IMG/VR virus record: IMGVR_UViG_3300031244_000002
Coordinates: 1 to 61,666 of that record
DNA length: 61,666 bases
From: a virus
Lineage: Duplodnaviria; Caudoviricetes
Strand: one strand, 5' to 3'
In this document: positions 19,606-28,998 of the stretch, one piece after another
How positions within the stretch are numbered: the first letter of the stretch is position 1
How the letters are laid out: the number at the start of each line of letters is the position of its first letter
Program-made: the position numbers and the translations under genes
The notes under the pieces: generated by a model
Told to the model about the DNA's origin: nothing
The model's database searches: none
What the model saw: the letters and a program-made list of their open reading frames with translations, nothing else

Positions 19606-20328
19606 CTAGGCGGTCCGGCTAAACCTTAGTTTACGCACAGCAACTAACAAGATCAACGCCGCGGCGCCGTATAGCGCGTAGGCCGATGGCTCCGGGACAG
19701 GATCGAATCCTATTTGGCTCGTATTCGTACGGACCAGAAAAATACCATCGTTAAAATCGATTGTATGGCTATCTGATGCCCGATCATCAATGAACGCCAC
19801 GTAGTAGTTGAAACTTGGATCATCAGTCGACAGAAACCAGTGGAAGATCGAGGTATTAAACTGATCTCCTGCGATACCCATCGTCGCATCCTGATGTTTG
19901 AATGTAATCGTATTTGCAGGCAACGTGCTCAGCCCTGTGCCATCTATACGCCATGTCGCCGTTGAGGATGCATTGTACGAGGCAAACAACGTGGTATCTC
20001 CGTTGGCGATCCCAAACGACTTGAAGTTATTACTGTCGTTCGAACTCTTGGCGAGATATGAGACCTCAGCGAATTGCGTGAATGACCCATTGAACCCAAC
20101 TGTGAATTCATTGGTAGCAAGTGTTCCGGTGATATCGCTGAACGTCAGTCCAGGGAGCGATCCTAGAGTGAAACTTGATGCCGACCCGAGATTGAGCAGT
20201 GTGTTAATATCTGAAGCGTTGGCACGGATAACCGATGGAGGAGCGGTGACGCCTTCATTGGTGTAGACGAGCTGCGCGGAAGCCGAACTGGTGATCGCCA
20301 GTACGAGTGCGATGAGCGTGTTTTTCAT
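19606..20328 (-). CDS. Secreted PEP-CTERM sorting-domain protein
   Basis: Signal peptide MKNTLIALVLAITSSASA; C-terminal VPEPSAYALYGAAALILLVAVRKLR (VPEP + TM + basic tail). Confidence 0.9.
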   Translation of the reverse strand: MKNTLIALVLAITSSASAQLVYTNEGVTAPPSVIRANASDINTLLNLGSASSFTLGSLPGLTFSDITGTLATNEFTVGFNGSFTQFAEVSYLAKSSNDSNNFKSFGIANGDTTLFASYNASSTATWRIDGTGLSTLPANTITFKHQDATMGIAGDQFNTSIFHWFLSTDDPSFNYYVAFIDDRASDSHTIDFNDGIFLVRTNTSQIGFDPVPEPSAYALYGAAALILLVAVRKLRFSRTA

Positions 20329-21146
20329 AGGGAAATTATCTTGTTAGCCCACGGATGGATCATATTAACTTCAAAGGTTGATCCGAGTTTACGAGCCGAC
20401 CCGAGGTAGTACGGCTGGTCGTTGAACATAAAATAATGAGGGGCGCCGCTATCTCCGGGCTCTAGGTAAGAACCATCGACCGATACTCCGGTACAGGTGA
20501 CTACGCCTGATGTCCCCGATATTGCGCGCAGGATCTTCATCCGTGTGGCCGCTGGCTTCCAGTCATATGGTCCAAGTCGACTACCGATCAACCCGAATGA
20601 TACAGTTGGAAGCCCTGCATACTGGGAGAGCATCAGAGCGCTGGTCAGCTTCGCCGGCTTTATGCTCTGGACCTGATCGATCTCATAGATCTCTAGATCT
20701 CCGTATACCGCCACTGAGCCTTTTATGCTGGCCTTCACGATACCCTGTTGATTGTAGAACCAGACTTCACCGGAAATCGGATAGTGGTGGGCTGCGGCAA
20801 CCAGCCTTGATGTGATCAACGCGCACAGCCTCGGCGGCTCACCTTGCACGACACCCATCGATTCATATGGATCGACCACCGCTCCTGGCTTTACGATATC
20901 GCGGATTATCGGAGGAGGAACAACCGTCACCATTTCATCGATCGCCGGGAATGTCTGTGTCACTAGCTGACCACCTACGTCCTGGGTAATCGGTGGTGGC
21001 TGCACATGAACAGGGACCAAAATAGCTGGTGGCTGGAAAACTACATGCTCGACCATCTGACCATCCGATGTCGCGGCGAAAAAATTAGGGTTCAGCGCCT
21101 GATCGAAGACAGGCAGGTTCGCCGGAGTGAAATTGGTTATCTGCAT
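20325..21146 (-). CDS. Trypsin-like serine protease
   Basis: LITSRLVAAAHH (His), GDLEIY (Asp), GDSGAP (Ser) triad motifs. Confidence 0.75.
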   Translation of the reverse strand: MQITNFTPANLPVFDQALNPNFFAATSDGQMVEHVVFQPPAILVPVHVQPPPITQDVGGQLVTQTFPAIDEMVTVVPPPIIRDIVKPGAVVDPYESMGVVQGEPPRLCALITSRLVAAAHHYPISGEVWFYNQQGIVKASIKGSVAVYGDLEIYEIDQVQSIKPAKLTSALMLSQYAGLPTVSFGLIGSRLGPYDWKPAATRMKILRAISGTSGVVTCTGVSVDGSYLEPGDSGAPHYFMFNDQPYYLGSARKLGSTFEVNMIHPWANKIISL

Positions 21147-21229
21147 TATGTGAGCCTAACCGACTTCAATCCGGCTGGATATAGGGGTATCCCTTAACGT
21201 AGTGTAAGGACGAAGACGATACGCCGTAA

Positions 21230-21853
21230 TCACTCTACCTCAAATACCGTTGTCTTTGGCGTCTTTCGGTCAACCTGCCATGCGGTGGATGGGCCGACAC
21301 CCCCAAGCAACTTACCAAGCTCTTTATAGGTGCGTCGTGGTTTCTGCCTCCACTGCATCACGATCGCCTGTCGCTCATCTAGAGATCGAGGCATTATCGG
21401 TGATACTCGGCCAAGCTGCTTACCCTCTGCACGTGCAACCTGAAGCCCAGCGATCGTACGCTCTCGAATCAGATCGCGCTCTAGTTCGGCAACGCTTCCA
21501 AGAATTGATATCAGAAATCTCGACGCAGGATTCGATTCCGACGTATCGATATTCTGCCCAGGTACAACTAATGCTACTTTTAGTTTATTGAGTTCGGCGA
21601 TCAGCGAAGCGAAATGTGCCAGCGATCTTGCCAGTCGGTCGAGCTTGACCGTCATGATCATCTTTACCTGTCCAGCGCGTACCATCGTCATCAGCCGATC
21701 AAGCCCTGCGCGCGATGACTTTGACCCTGAAATGATGTCGGTAATCTCCTCATCTATGGTGATACCACGAGCTGTCGCGTAGGTCCGTAGCTCACGCAGC
21801 TGTGGCTCTAGCGTCTGGCTAGCCGTAGATACCCGGCAGTAGATTATGTTCAT
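21230..21853 (-). CDS. Small serine recombinase (resolvase/invertase family)
   Basis: YCRVST..Q, SG...R.GL, KLDRLARS, ELERDLIRERT..GL..AR..GK.LGR; C-terminal HTH. Confidence 0.92.
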   Translation of the reverse strand: MNIIYCRVSTASQTLEPQLRELRTYATARGITIDEEITDIISGSKSSRAGLDRLMTMVRAGQVKMIMTVKLDRLARSLAHFASLIAELNKLKVALVVPGQNIDTSESNPASRFLISILGSVAELERDLIRERTIAGLQVARAEGKQLGRVSPIMPRSLDERQAIVMQWRQKPRRTYKELGKLLGGVGPSTAWQVDRKTPKTTVFEVE

Positions 21854-21997
21854 TTTCTTTTCCTTCTAAATCTAATGTTATTTCGGCATCCTATCTGGCA
21901 CACATACGCTCCAGATACTAGGTGGTTATAGGCGATGAGTTTTGGTTGATACCTACGCGTCATAAGATCAGCGAGGATCGCACGAGCCAGCGCAGTA

Positions 21998-22318
21998 TTA
22001 CGACTTCCGATCATTGAACACTAGTTTTCGCATATCCTCTAGGTGCCGTACTGTTGCAGCCATAGCGCCTGCACTTCCTGCGCCTTCGGTTGGGCGAATA
22101 CCGACGCGCCAGAGTTCATCCATGAATTGCTGAGCATCATCAGGGGTTATCCGTATGGCCGGTGGCAGCTCGATATTTCCACCATCGGATTCGAGCGACC
22201 TAAACATCAATGGGTTTGCGACTATGACCACACCAATGTTTGATATATCTGCTATCCTTATCGAGATCGTATCGTTAATAAACGGTTCTCTCGTGGCGAT
22301 TACTTTTAATCCATTCAT
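21998..22318 (-). CDS. Hypothetical protein
   Basis: AQQFMDELWRVGIRP...HLEDMRKL; in minus-strand operon. Confidence 0.6.
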   Translation of the reverse strand: MNGLKVIATREPFINDTISIRIADISNIGVVIVANPLMFRSLESDGGNIELPPAIRITPDDAQQFMDELWRVGIRPTEGAGSAGAMAATVRHLEDMRKLVFNDRKS

Positions 22319-22358
22319 ATTATAAATATACTGCTTCTAGTTCGTTGATTATATATTT

Positions 22359-22604
22359 TTATTCCTTCCTTATTCGTTTCTTTTTCGACTTAACGGCCGC
22401 ACGCTTTGCCTGCATTTCCTTGGTTATAACTGTCCTTGCAACCCCATCTAAGCAGATCACGTAAAGATCCTCGGATTGTAGATGGTAGGTTCCGTTCTTC
22501 ATTCCAACTGGTGCGCACGACGCGATGTGAGATCGCACCTCCTCGACTTCAAGCCCGAGATAGCGTTCGTCATACCGCAAGATCGCGTGGTCGGTGACGT
22601 TCAT
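22359..22604 (-). CDS. Hypothetical protein
   Basis: VTDHAILRY.ER N-terminus; coupled to upstream gene. Confidence 0.55.
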   Translation of the reverse strand: MNVTDHAILRYDERYLGLEVEEVRSHIASCAPVGMKNGTYHLQSEDLYVICLDGVARTVITKEMQAKRAAVKSKKKRIRKE

Positions 22605-22966
22605 AACTTATTCCAAACCTTGATTCGTTTTTCTGTGCAGAGTTTATAGACGTTCTGGGTGATCCAGCCAGCGAGGTACGCATATGGTTCTTGGTTGGAG
22701 AGCGTGAACTTATCGCCAAGGTAGCCCATAATATGATGCGTGATATGGAACACCTCATGAGCGATATCCCCGTGGCATATATGTTTCCGATCAAAGAACA
22801 GCGCCGCGCGTCCATGACGGAATGACGCCAGCCCATTGAACGGTCCACCGTTGTACATCCCTAGCCACGACGAGTGCGATCTACGCTCAGAAGCAGGATT
22901 ATCGGCCACGCAGATCAACAGCTTCACGTTGTAGACCGGGATATCGGTGATGTGCGTGTGGGTCAT
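22601..22966 (-). CDS. HEXXH-motif (zincin-like) hypothetical protein
   Basis: IAHEVFH...QEPYAY. Confidence 0.55.
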   Translation of the reverse strand: MTHTHITDIPVYNVKLLICVADNPASERRSHSSWLGMYNGGPFNGLASFRHGRAALFFDRKHICHGDIAHEVFHITHHIMGYLGDKFTLSNQEPYAYLAGWITQNVYKLCTEKRIKVWNKL

Positions 22967-23099
22967 GGCGACACCGCCGATCGTTTGAGCCCGGTGAGCG
23001 GAAGTATCAGCGGACGTCGACTCCTAACTACACCGAGGCCAATCTTCTTTGGAAAGCTACGGCGCAGGACTGCTCCGACGGAGAGGAATTTCTTGTGGT

Positions 23100-23537
23100 T
23101 CATTCGACCTCCACGGCGGCGAGATTGTAGAGACGGCGCTGGTTGACGATCGTGCAGGTGATAAGCCCTTCATCTTCGAAGCCACCGAGTATACCGATTA
23201 ATTTGTCATACCTACTCGGAAGACCGTTAGTTTTCATTATTCTTGCGATCTCATTGATTGACCTACCTGGTTTACCATATGGTGGGAACGCAATCCGAGC
23301 ATTCTTAAACGTTACTCCATTAGTAACAGGTTTATTCTGTGCTGGTATATTAGTTAATATTCCATGCCATTTATTTGATATAGGATCATAATCTATTGCA
23401 TCTGATTTTATGATCACCTCATTTGTGAATAGCTCCAAGGCGGACTCAATAAGTCTGGGTTGCTTTGATACCCATTTCTCCATTTCACCAAAGGACATAG
23501 CTGGCATCAACGTAAGTATTTTTATATATGGTTTCAC
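23100..23537 (-). CDS. Protein carrying a copy of the helicase C-terminal winged-helix domain
   Basis: PGRSINEIARIMKTNGLPSRYDKL matches helicase PGRSVNEIGRIFATNGLPSRYEKI. Confidence 0.65.
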   Translation of the reverse strand: MKPYIKILTLMPAMSFGEMEKWVSKQPRLIESALELFTNEVIIKSDAIDYDPISNKWHGILTNIPAQNKPVTNGVTFKNARIAFPPYGKPGRSINEIARIMKTNGLPSRYDKLIGILGGFEDEGLITCTIVNQRRLYNLAAVEVE

Positions 23538-23539
23538 AA

Positions 23540-24253
23540 TTATTCGATTTCTAGTTTATCTACGGGTGCGTAGTACCGGTTATCGCAGCGCACGATCAGC
23601 CCACGCTTGAGAAGTGCTGTGAATTTATTGTGTGCTGTCGTCATTGAGATCCGTACGGTCGCAAGCACATGCTTATACATCTTACGGAAGCTCGTGGCCT
23701 GAGCCGCCGTGGGCGCAAGTTCCTGAACAAGCCGAAGGAACTCTTCCTCGGTGATCACCAAATTGAATGCCGGTGGTGCCTCTGTGTAGGTAGCCGCATG
23801 CTCAGTGGGCCACACGTAGAGAACCCCCGGGTCTTCGGGTACCAAGGGATCTGGATTTGGGTGCTGCCCTTGCTCGATGAGATTACGGCGCAGCATCGTC
23901 TTGAGTCTCGATATCGCGGCGGTCTCGCTCAGGTTATACGGGGGCTTCCCAAGAATTTCTTTTACCAAATACGATCTCGTCATGATCCTTCCATCGGTCT
24001 CCACCAAGGATTTTCTGAGGATCTCCAGGATCGCCATATCACTTGCCCGCGGCTCCTTCCCGCCCCCGGTGATCGTCCGATTACTATGCTGCGCACACCA
24101 GTCTTCCTCACACGTGATCGGCCACGCTGTGATCGGCGGATTCAGTCGGCACTCACCTCGGCCGTCTTCGGTTGCGTTCCACGCTCGGCATGTTTTGCAG
24201 CTAAGTAAACTCATCGTGTTTATACCTAAAAAGTGTTTTTGTCGTCCTGTCAA
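23540..24253 (-). CDS. Cys-rich N-terminus plus probable winged-helix domains
   Basis: CKTC..W....GECR.NPP...C...WC then helix-rich segments; true start probably MSLLSC. Confidence 0.5.
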   Translation of the reverse strand: MTGRQKHFLGINTMSLLSCKTCRAWNATEDGRGECRLNPPITAWPITCEEDWCAQHSNRTITGGGKEPRASDMAILEILRKSLVETDGRIMTRSYLVKEILGKPPYNLSETAAISRLKTMLRRNLIEQGQHPNPDPLVPEDPGVLYVWPTEHAATYTEAPPAFNLVITEEEFLRLVQELAPTAAQATSFRKMYKHVLATVRISMTTAHNKFTALLKRGLIVRCDNRYYAPVDKLEIE

Positions 24254-24821
24254 GTTAGTTAGTGAAACTAGCAGTAAAAGCGTTCAGTCTCTATTATTAC
24301 AATTGAAGCGTCCAGAGGTATTGTTGCAGTGGGGAAAATAGCGTAAGCTCTATTTTCTCCCACTGCACAAAACTAATACCTCTCGGACCGCATCACTTCA
24401 AGGAGCATTTTTGAACACATAAAACACCCGTTTTATATCCTACCAAAAGAATGACCTGTTCGCAGATTTTATTTTTTAAAAATTTTTACCCACCCAAAGC
24501 TTCCTTGCCTAAATCCTTCTTTGCTTACGGACCAGAAATTTTTAAACACATGGATAGCTCTATGTCTACGGACGGATGCCGAGCCACGTAGCCGCTCTCA
24601 ATCGGTGCATAGGGTGGGTCGCTATTTTAAAACGCCTAGGGCGAAGGTAGGCCCAGACCCGCGCACCAGCTCGATCGAAGCGTCTACGCGTGCTGTGTGG
24701 CCTGCGTTGTGGCCTGTAGCGATGCGTCAAAGCACTTGTTTACCCTCGTAGAACGACGTTTATGGCCATATTTAAACGACCGTCACAGTATAATCACGCT
24801 GTGCAGCCCGTCACAAAACGC

Positions 24822-25283
24822 CTAATCCACCTCGACAGCGAGCTCTGCGACTCTGCGCGCCTCAGCGGCCTTCCTATTCCGCGTGCCATCGCGGTATTCA
24901 CTTTTGTCGAGTAGTCGTTGTGCAGCATCACGCAATGCCGGGGATTCTTGTAGGGCTGCCAAAGGATCTATTGTGGGACCGTTTAGGTGTTGATGGACAA
25001 TCCTCTTAATAGGCTCACCCTCCATGTGGGCAAGGAGCCCGAAGAGTGTCTGTACGCGGATTCTCATGTCGGGCTCACTCTCTAGGTGGCCGCCTCCCCT
25101 GGGGTCATCCTTAACCCAAAAGCTCCGCTCAGCTCGTAAGCCGTCTTTGGCTGCGTTGATCAGGAGCGGCAAGAACTCCTTATCTGAGGTAAGCGAGTCG
25201 GCTAGGACCTTACCTATCCCGTTTCCGGCCGCCGGCGCCAGCAAGGCAACTTGTGCTGCTATGGTGTTTAAATCAGAAGACAT
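24822..25283 (-). CDS. Hypothetical protein, candidate terminase small subunit
   Basis: PDMRIRVQTLFGLLAHMEGEP helical pattern; flanked by long non-coding stretches; function inferred only. Confidence 0.35.
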   Translation of the reverse strand: MSSDLNTIAAQVALLAPAAGNGIGKVLADSLTSDKEFLPLLINAAKDGLRAERSFWVKDDPRGGGHLESEPDMRIRVQTLFGLLAHMEGEPIKRIVHQHLNGPTIDPLAALQESPALRDAAQRLLDKSEYRDGTRNRKAAEARRVAELAVEVD

Positions 25284-25682
25284 AGATTTTTCGCGCTCGG
25301 ACGCACGCGAGATAATGTGTGTTCTTGTCACATTTCCGTCAACCACCTTCTCGTGCGATTTGCATGATAGTTGCGAAAAGGAGTGTAAAAACTCACGAGA
25401 GGGAAGAGCTGTAAAGTGCAGTTGGAGTCTTGCGTGGCGAGAATAGATGTTTTTGGTGGTTATGGTGAGGGATATAAAATAGAGGCTCTGTACCTAGTGT
25501 ATGGTTATGACGGTAAACGTGGCAAGAAACTAAGTAAGCGCCGAAACTATTTTATGTTTTAAGATACGATACAGCAAAGTCATACGATTATTCAAAAATC
25601 CCAGTCTTGTGTAGCGAGAATATGCGCCGTTGTATAAGTGCACAAAGGAAGCAATCAAGCGGCCGACAAAACCAAAAACAAA

Positions 25683-25955
25683 ATGAATACCTACGACATC
25701 CACTTCTTCAAAACCTCCAACCTCTCGGCCGACGAGAAAAACGCGATGCGGCGCAATGCTTCTGGAATCTGGCTCTGCGGTGGTCGCATCGAAGCCAAGT
25801 CTGCCCGCGCCGCCTGCGCGGCCTACCGCAAAAGCGGCGAACTCGGCAGCAAAGCGGCCAAGCTCCGCGCGAAACTGCATTTGGGAGTGGTTGCGATTAC
25901 CCCGTCCATTGTAGCCAACCAGCACGCGGTAGGCGCTAGCATTACTGTAATGTAA
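25683..25955 (+). CDS. Hypothetical protein, first of rightward early-like cluster
   Basis: ATG after A-rich leader aaaacaaa. Confidence 0.5.
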   Translation: MNTYDIHFFKTSNLSADEKNAMRRNASGIWLCGGRIEAKSARAACAAYRKSGELGSKAAKLRAKLHLGVVAITPSIVANQHAVGASITVM

Positions 25956-26024
25956 TGTACGGCGCGCTATCGATCGATCTGGCGAATTACAACCCAAGGA
26001 CACTTTCGGGCTTCAGGAACTCAT

Positions 26025-26309
26025 ATGGTGCGTCGAATAACACCTACGAAGCCAACGCAACGCTCTGCACAAGGTTTTAAAATGATTCACGTCTCTTTTT
26101 ACCGTAAGCCCCTCCTTGATGGAATGCCTCGAAAGGCCCTGATCAATCAATGCACTAATCATGGAGCATGGTATCAAGATCTAGTCGGCAAGATCGTGCT
26201 GATCGAATTGATCGACAGTGAAGGCTATTGGGGAAGAGAAGGCGGAGAATACAACTGCATTAACGTCATCCGCGTAGAAGACGCGACACTGCTACCATTG
26301 GAGAACTAA
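26025..26309 (+). CDS. Hypothetical protein
   Basis: ORF in tightly packed cluster; start uncertain. Confidence 0.45.
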   Translation: MVRRITPTKPTQRSAQGFKMIHVSFYRKPLLDGMPRKALINQCTNHGAWYQDLVGKIVLIELIDSEGYWGREGGEYNCINVIRVEDATLLPLEN

Positions 26310-26311
26310 TT

Positions 26312-26617
26312 ATGTTCGAATACATCAAAGACAACTACCATGTACCGGCACAAATAGGCCGGCGTGTCATCGTCTATGGTAAGCCCGGTATAATTATAGA
26401 AGACCGTGGACATCATCTAGGCGTAAATTTCGACGAGGATAGGCCAGGTGTAGTGAAGAGTGCGCATCCTACATGCGAGGTGGAATACCTAGATAGAATA
26501 GGAATTATCCGCAAGATGACGCGATCTCAGCGAAACTATCAGACCTATCTTAAATCGGAATGTAGTGAAAGCTTTGGTGAATGGCTGAAGATCACGCAGA
26601 GCAAGGGTAATCTATGA
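26312..26617 (+). CDS. Conserved-looking phage hypothetical protein
   Basis: YIKDNYHVPAQIGRRV...HPT...MTRSQRNY...SFGEWL. Confidence 0.6.
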   Translation: MFEYIKDNYHVPAQIGRRVIVYGKPGIIIEDRGHHLGVNFDEDRPGVVKSAHPTCEVEYLDRIGIIRKMTRSQRNYQTYLKSECSESFGEWLKITQSKGNL

Positions 26618-26964
26618 AAACCCAGCCTGCACTTTCCGAAACCGAACTTCAGATCCTAGGCTACTGCCAAACGTTCCCTAGTTCGCCTGTGGTATCTGAT
26701 GAGCTGCTCGAACTCATCCACCCGCACCCACTTTACTCGTCGTGCAAAAACTTAGTGGAGTTTCATGAAGCTGAAGAAAAGTGGAAGGTGCTGACATTCG
26801 GTGGGGCTACTATGCCAGCCAGTGAAAGCTACTCCAGTATATGCCGACAAGCTTGTGAGCATCTGGTAAAACTCGGGTATATGCTGGAAAACAATTGCGG
26901 TTACGGTCGGTTCAAATATTTCATCACTCAACAGGGGCTCAAATATGAAGTTAACTTTAAATAA
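26614..26964 (+). CDS. Winged-helix-like protein, paralog A
   Basis: Shares ELLELIHP, ESYS..C..LV..G and Y.IT..G with next ORF. Confidence 0.55.
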   Translation: MKTQPALSETELQILGYCQTFPSSPVVSDELLELIHPHPLYSSCKNLVEFHEAEEKWKVLTFGGATMPASESYSSICRQACEHLVKLGYMLENNCGYGRFKYFITQQGLKYEVNFK

Positions 26965-27286
26965 TCTTGATGACATCGACGTGAAATTCATGCGCCACTG
27001 CGCGGAGACATGCGACTATGCCAGCGAGATGGAGCTACTCGAACTTATCCATCCATATCCCAAATACAGCGGCAGTGCGATTGAAACATTGCTCGAAAAG
27101 CGTGAGTGGGGGCGTCAGGCATTCGGATACGGAGATCATGGCCTACCATTTATTGAAAGCTACTCAGCGTTAAGCAAGGAAGCGTGCACAAGACTGGTCG
27201 ATGCAGGTCTGTTTGAACGCCAGCGATACGGAGTAAGCTACAAATATGCTATCACATCAAAAGGAATGAGGCTGATCGACGCATGA
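26945..27286 (+). CDS. Winged-helix-like protein, paralog B
   Basis: Tandem paralog of 26614-26964. Confidence 0.55.
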   Translation: MKLTLNNLDDIDVKFMRHCAETCDYASEMELLELIHPYPKYSGSAIETLLEKREWGRQAFGYGDHGLPFIESYSALSKEACTRLVDAGLFERQRYGVSYKYAITSKGMRLIDA

Positions 27287-27380
27287 AAACGCTTCTCCTG
27301 CTCCTAGCGCTCTATCCATTCGCTATCTGGAGTATTCACCATAGCAAGCGCTGCAAATTTAGAGAAACCCCAACCTATTT

Positions 27381-27611
27381 ATGTCACTCGAAGAATACAA
27401 AAAACTGTTAGAAGCACATGACTGGTACTACATGATGTCAGATGACAATCGTGTTTACCGTGAAGGAACTACGGCTGAGGCCAATCTAAAAGCTAAAGCG
27501 TTAGGTAGCGACGAATTCAAGCGCGCCTATAACGAGGCATATGCTAAGCGATTCCATAATAATCCGTTCACAACGCCTCACCACTGGCCGTTTAAGGAGG
27601 TGGCGCCATGA
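27381..27611 (+). CDS. Hypothetical protein
   Basis: LEAHDWYYMMSDD..VY..G motif. Confidence 0.6.
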   Translation: MSLEEYKKLLEAHDWYYMMSDDNRVYREGTTAEANLKAKALGSDEFKRAYNEAYAKRFHNNPFTTPHHWPFKEVAP

Positions 27612-27689
27612 ATGACATAACCATAGGGCAACTAGCTATAGCTGCACTAATTGCTATCATCTCATTTATAGTCGGCTACATCTCCCACG

Positions 27690-27995
27690 ATGAATAAACC
27701 AACACCAGGCTGCTTACGCGCAGCCGATCAACTAATGAGCGACCGTAAGCACGTCGCTGAACTGATCTCACGCGAGACCAATGCAGGCGATATGCTTGAG
27801 GCACTCAAGAATTTGGTGCATGCCGAGGACGATGCCAAGAAGGGGCTTGGACCTAGTCAAGTTATCGCCCTTGAGCAGGCTATAGATCGAGCGCGCCGTG
27901 TCATCGCCCGTGAATGCCCAAACGACACTGACGGTGACGGCAACTGCCATCTGTGCTTCGGTAAAGGCGCCTGCATCTGGGCGGCATCCATATGA
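27690..27995 (+). CDS. Hypothetical protein with CPNDTDGDGNCHLC tail
   Basis: ORF translation. Confidence 0.5.
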   Translation: MNKPTPGCLRAADQLMSDRKHVAELISRETNAGDMLEALKNLVHAEDDAKKGLGPSQVIALEQAIDRARRVIARECPNDTDGDGNCHLCFGKGACIWAASI

Positions 27996-28198
27996 TTTCA
28001 CTCCGAATACCTGTGCAGCTAGTCAACGGACTAGGTGAAACTAAGACCGTTTTTGCGGTTGCTGAGGTCGATAAGCGGCCGGCGACGACGCTGTTTTCAC
28101 CACAGGTATGCGTCGACCGTGACAACAAACTAATAGGAGCAAAGGAACTGCCAGAAGACTTCTGGTTGAACGTCAGAAAATATATTTTAAAATCATGA
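27992..28198 (+). CDS. Hypothetical protein
   Basis: ATGA-coupled on both sides. Confidence 0.45.
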   Translation: MISLRIPVQLVNGLGETKTVFAVAEVDKRPATTLFSPQVCVDRDNKLIGAKELPEDFWLNVRKYILKS

Positions 28199-28965
28199 TC
28201 GCATCTGATATCATAAAACTCCTAAAAGCCAAACATAGCGAAGATGTATTCGTCTCTGAATGTAAAGATGGCCCAACACAGAGCGTACGAAATTATCTTC
28301 GTATGGATGCATGGGTAATGCCGCGGAGCTGGACTCGCCAAGCGATCACAGCCTATGAGGTAAAGGTCAGCCGGTCCGACTTTCTTGGCGATGAGAAGTG
28401 GAGAAATTATCTGCCGCTATGTAACTACTTCTACTTCGCAACAGCACCGGGATTGATTCAGCTCAATGAGCTTCCTACAGAGGTTGGGCTAATAGAGGCA
28501 TCGAAATCGGGCAGCAGGCTGTTCATAAAGCGCAAGGCGGTGCATCACGAGGCTACGAATATAGAAGGCGTTTTACGCTACGTCCTAATGTGTCGATCGA
28601 CAATCCGAGGCGAGACTACAGAAAGTGGTAAGCGAGAATTCTGGAAGACATGGCTTGAGACACGCCAGATAGACGCAACGTTTGGCCATAACCTTTCAAA
28701 AAAGCTAAGAGAAACTATTGATAAGGAAATAATTCTAGCGCGCCATGAGAATGAAAACCTACTTCGAAAGATGGAGACCTACGATTCCCACAGGCAGATC
28801 CTAGATAGACTAAAACTTGATCACAATGTTAGTTCGTGGAGATTCGAGAATAAGCTTAATGAACTCAGGGCTGGGATCTCAGATCAAGAAATCAGGAATA
28901 TGGAGGACCTATCACTTTCACTCTCGCGGATTGCCTCAAAACTCAAAAATCCCATTCTCGCTTGA
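28195..28965 (+). CDS. MmcB-like PD-(D/E)XK nuclease-fold protein
   Basis: MDAW...AYEVKVSRSDF..D.KW..YL..CN.FYF..A.GLI...ELP..VGLI. Confidence 0.7.
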   Translation: MIASDIIKLLKAKHSEDVFVSECKDGPTQSVRNYLRMDAWVMPRSWTRQAITAYEVKVSRSDFLGDEKWRNYLPLCNYFYFATAPGLIQLNELPTEVGLIEASKSGSRLFIKRKAVHHEATNIEGVLRYVLMCRSTIRGETTESGKREFWKTWLETRQIDATFGHNLSKKLRETIDKEIILARHENENLLRKMETYDSHRQILDRLKLDHNVSSWRFENKLNELRAGISDQEIRNMEDLSLSLSRIASKLKNPILA

Positions 28966-28972
28966 CGGGAAT
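28955..28972 (+). promoter_or_regulatory. 18-bp repeated promoter/operator motif, copy 2
   Basis: TTCTCGCTTGACGGGAAT, identical to 52967-52984; upstream of GT9 gene and cassette array. Confidence 0.6.
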
Positions 28973-28998
28973 CTATTTTCAAAACACCCTCACTTTAC

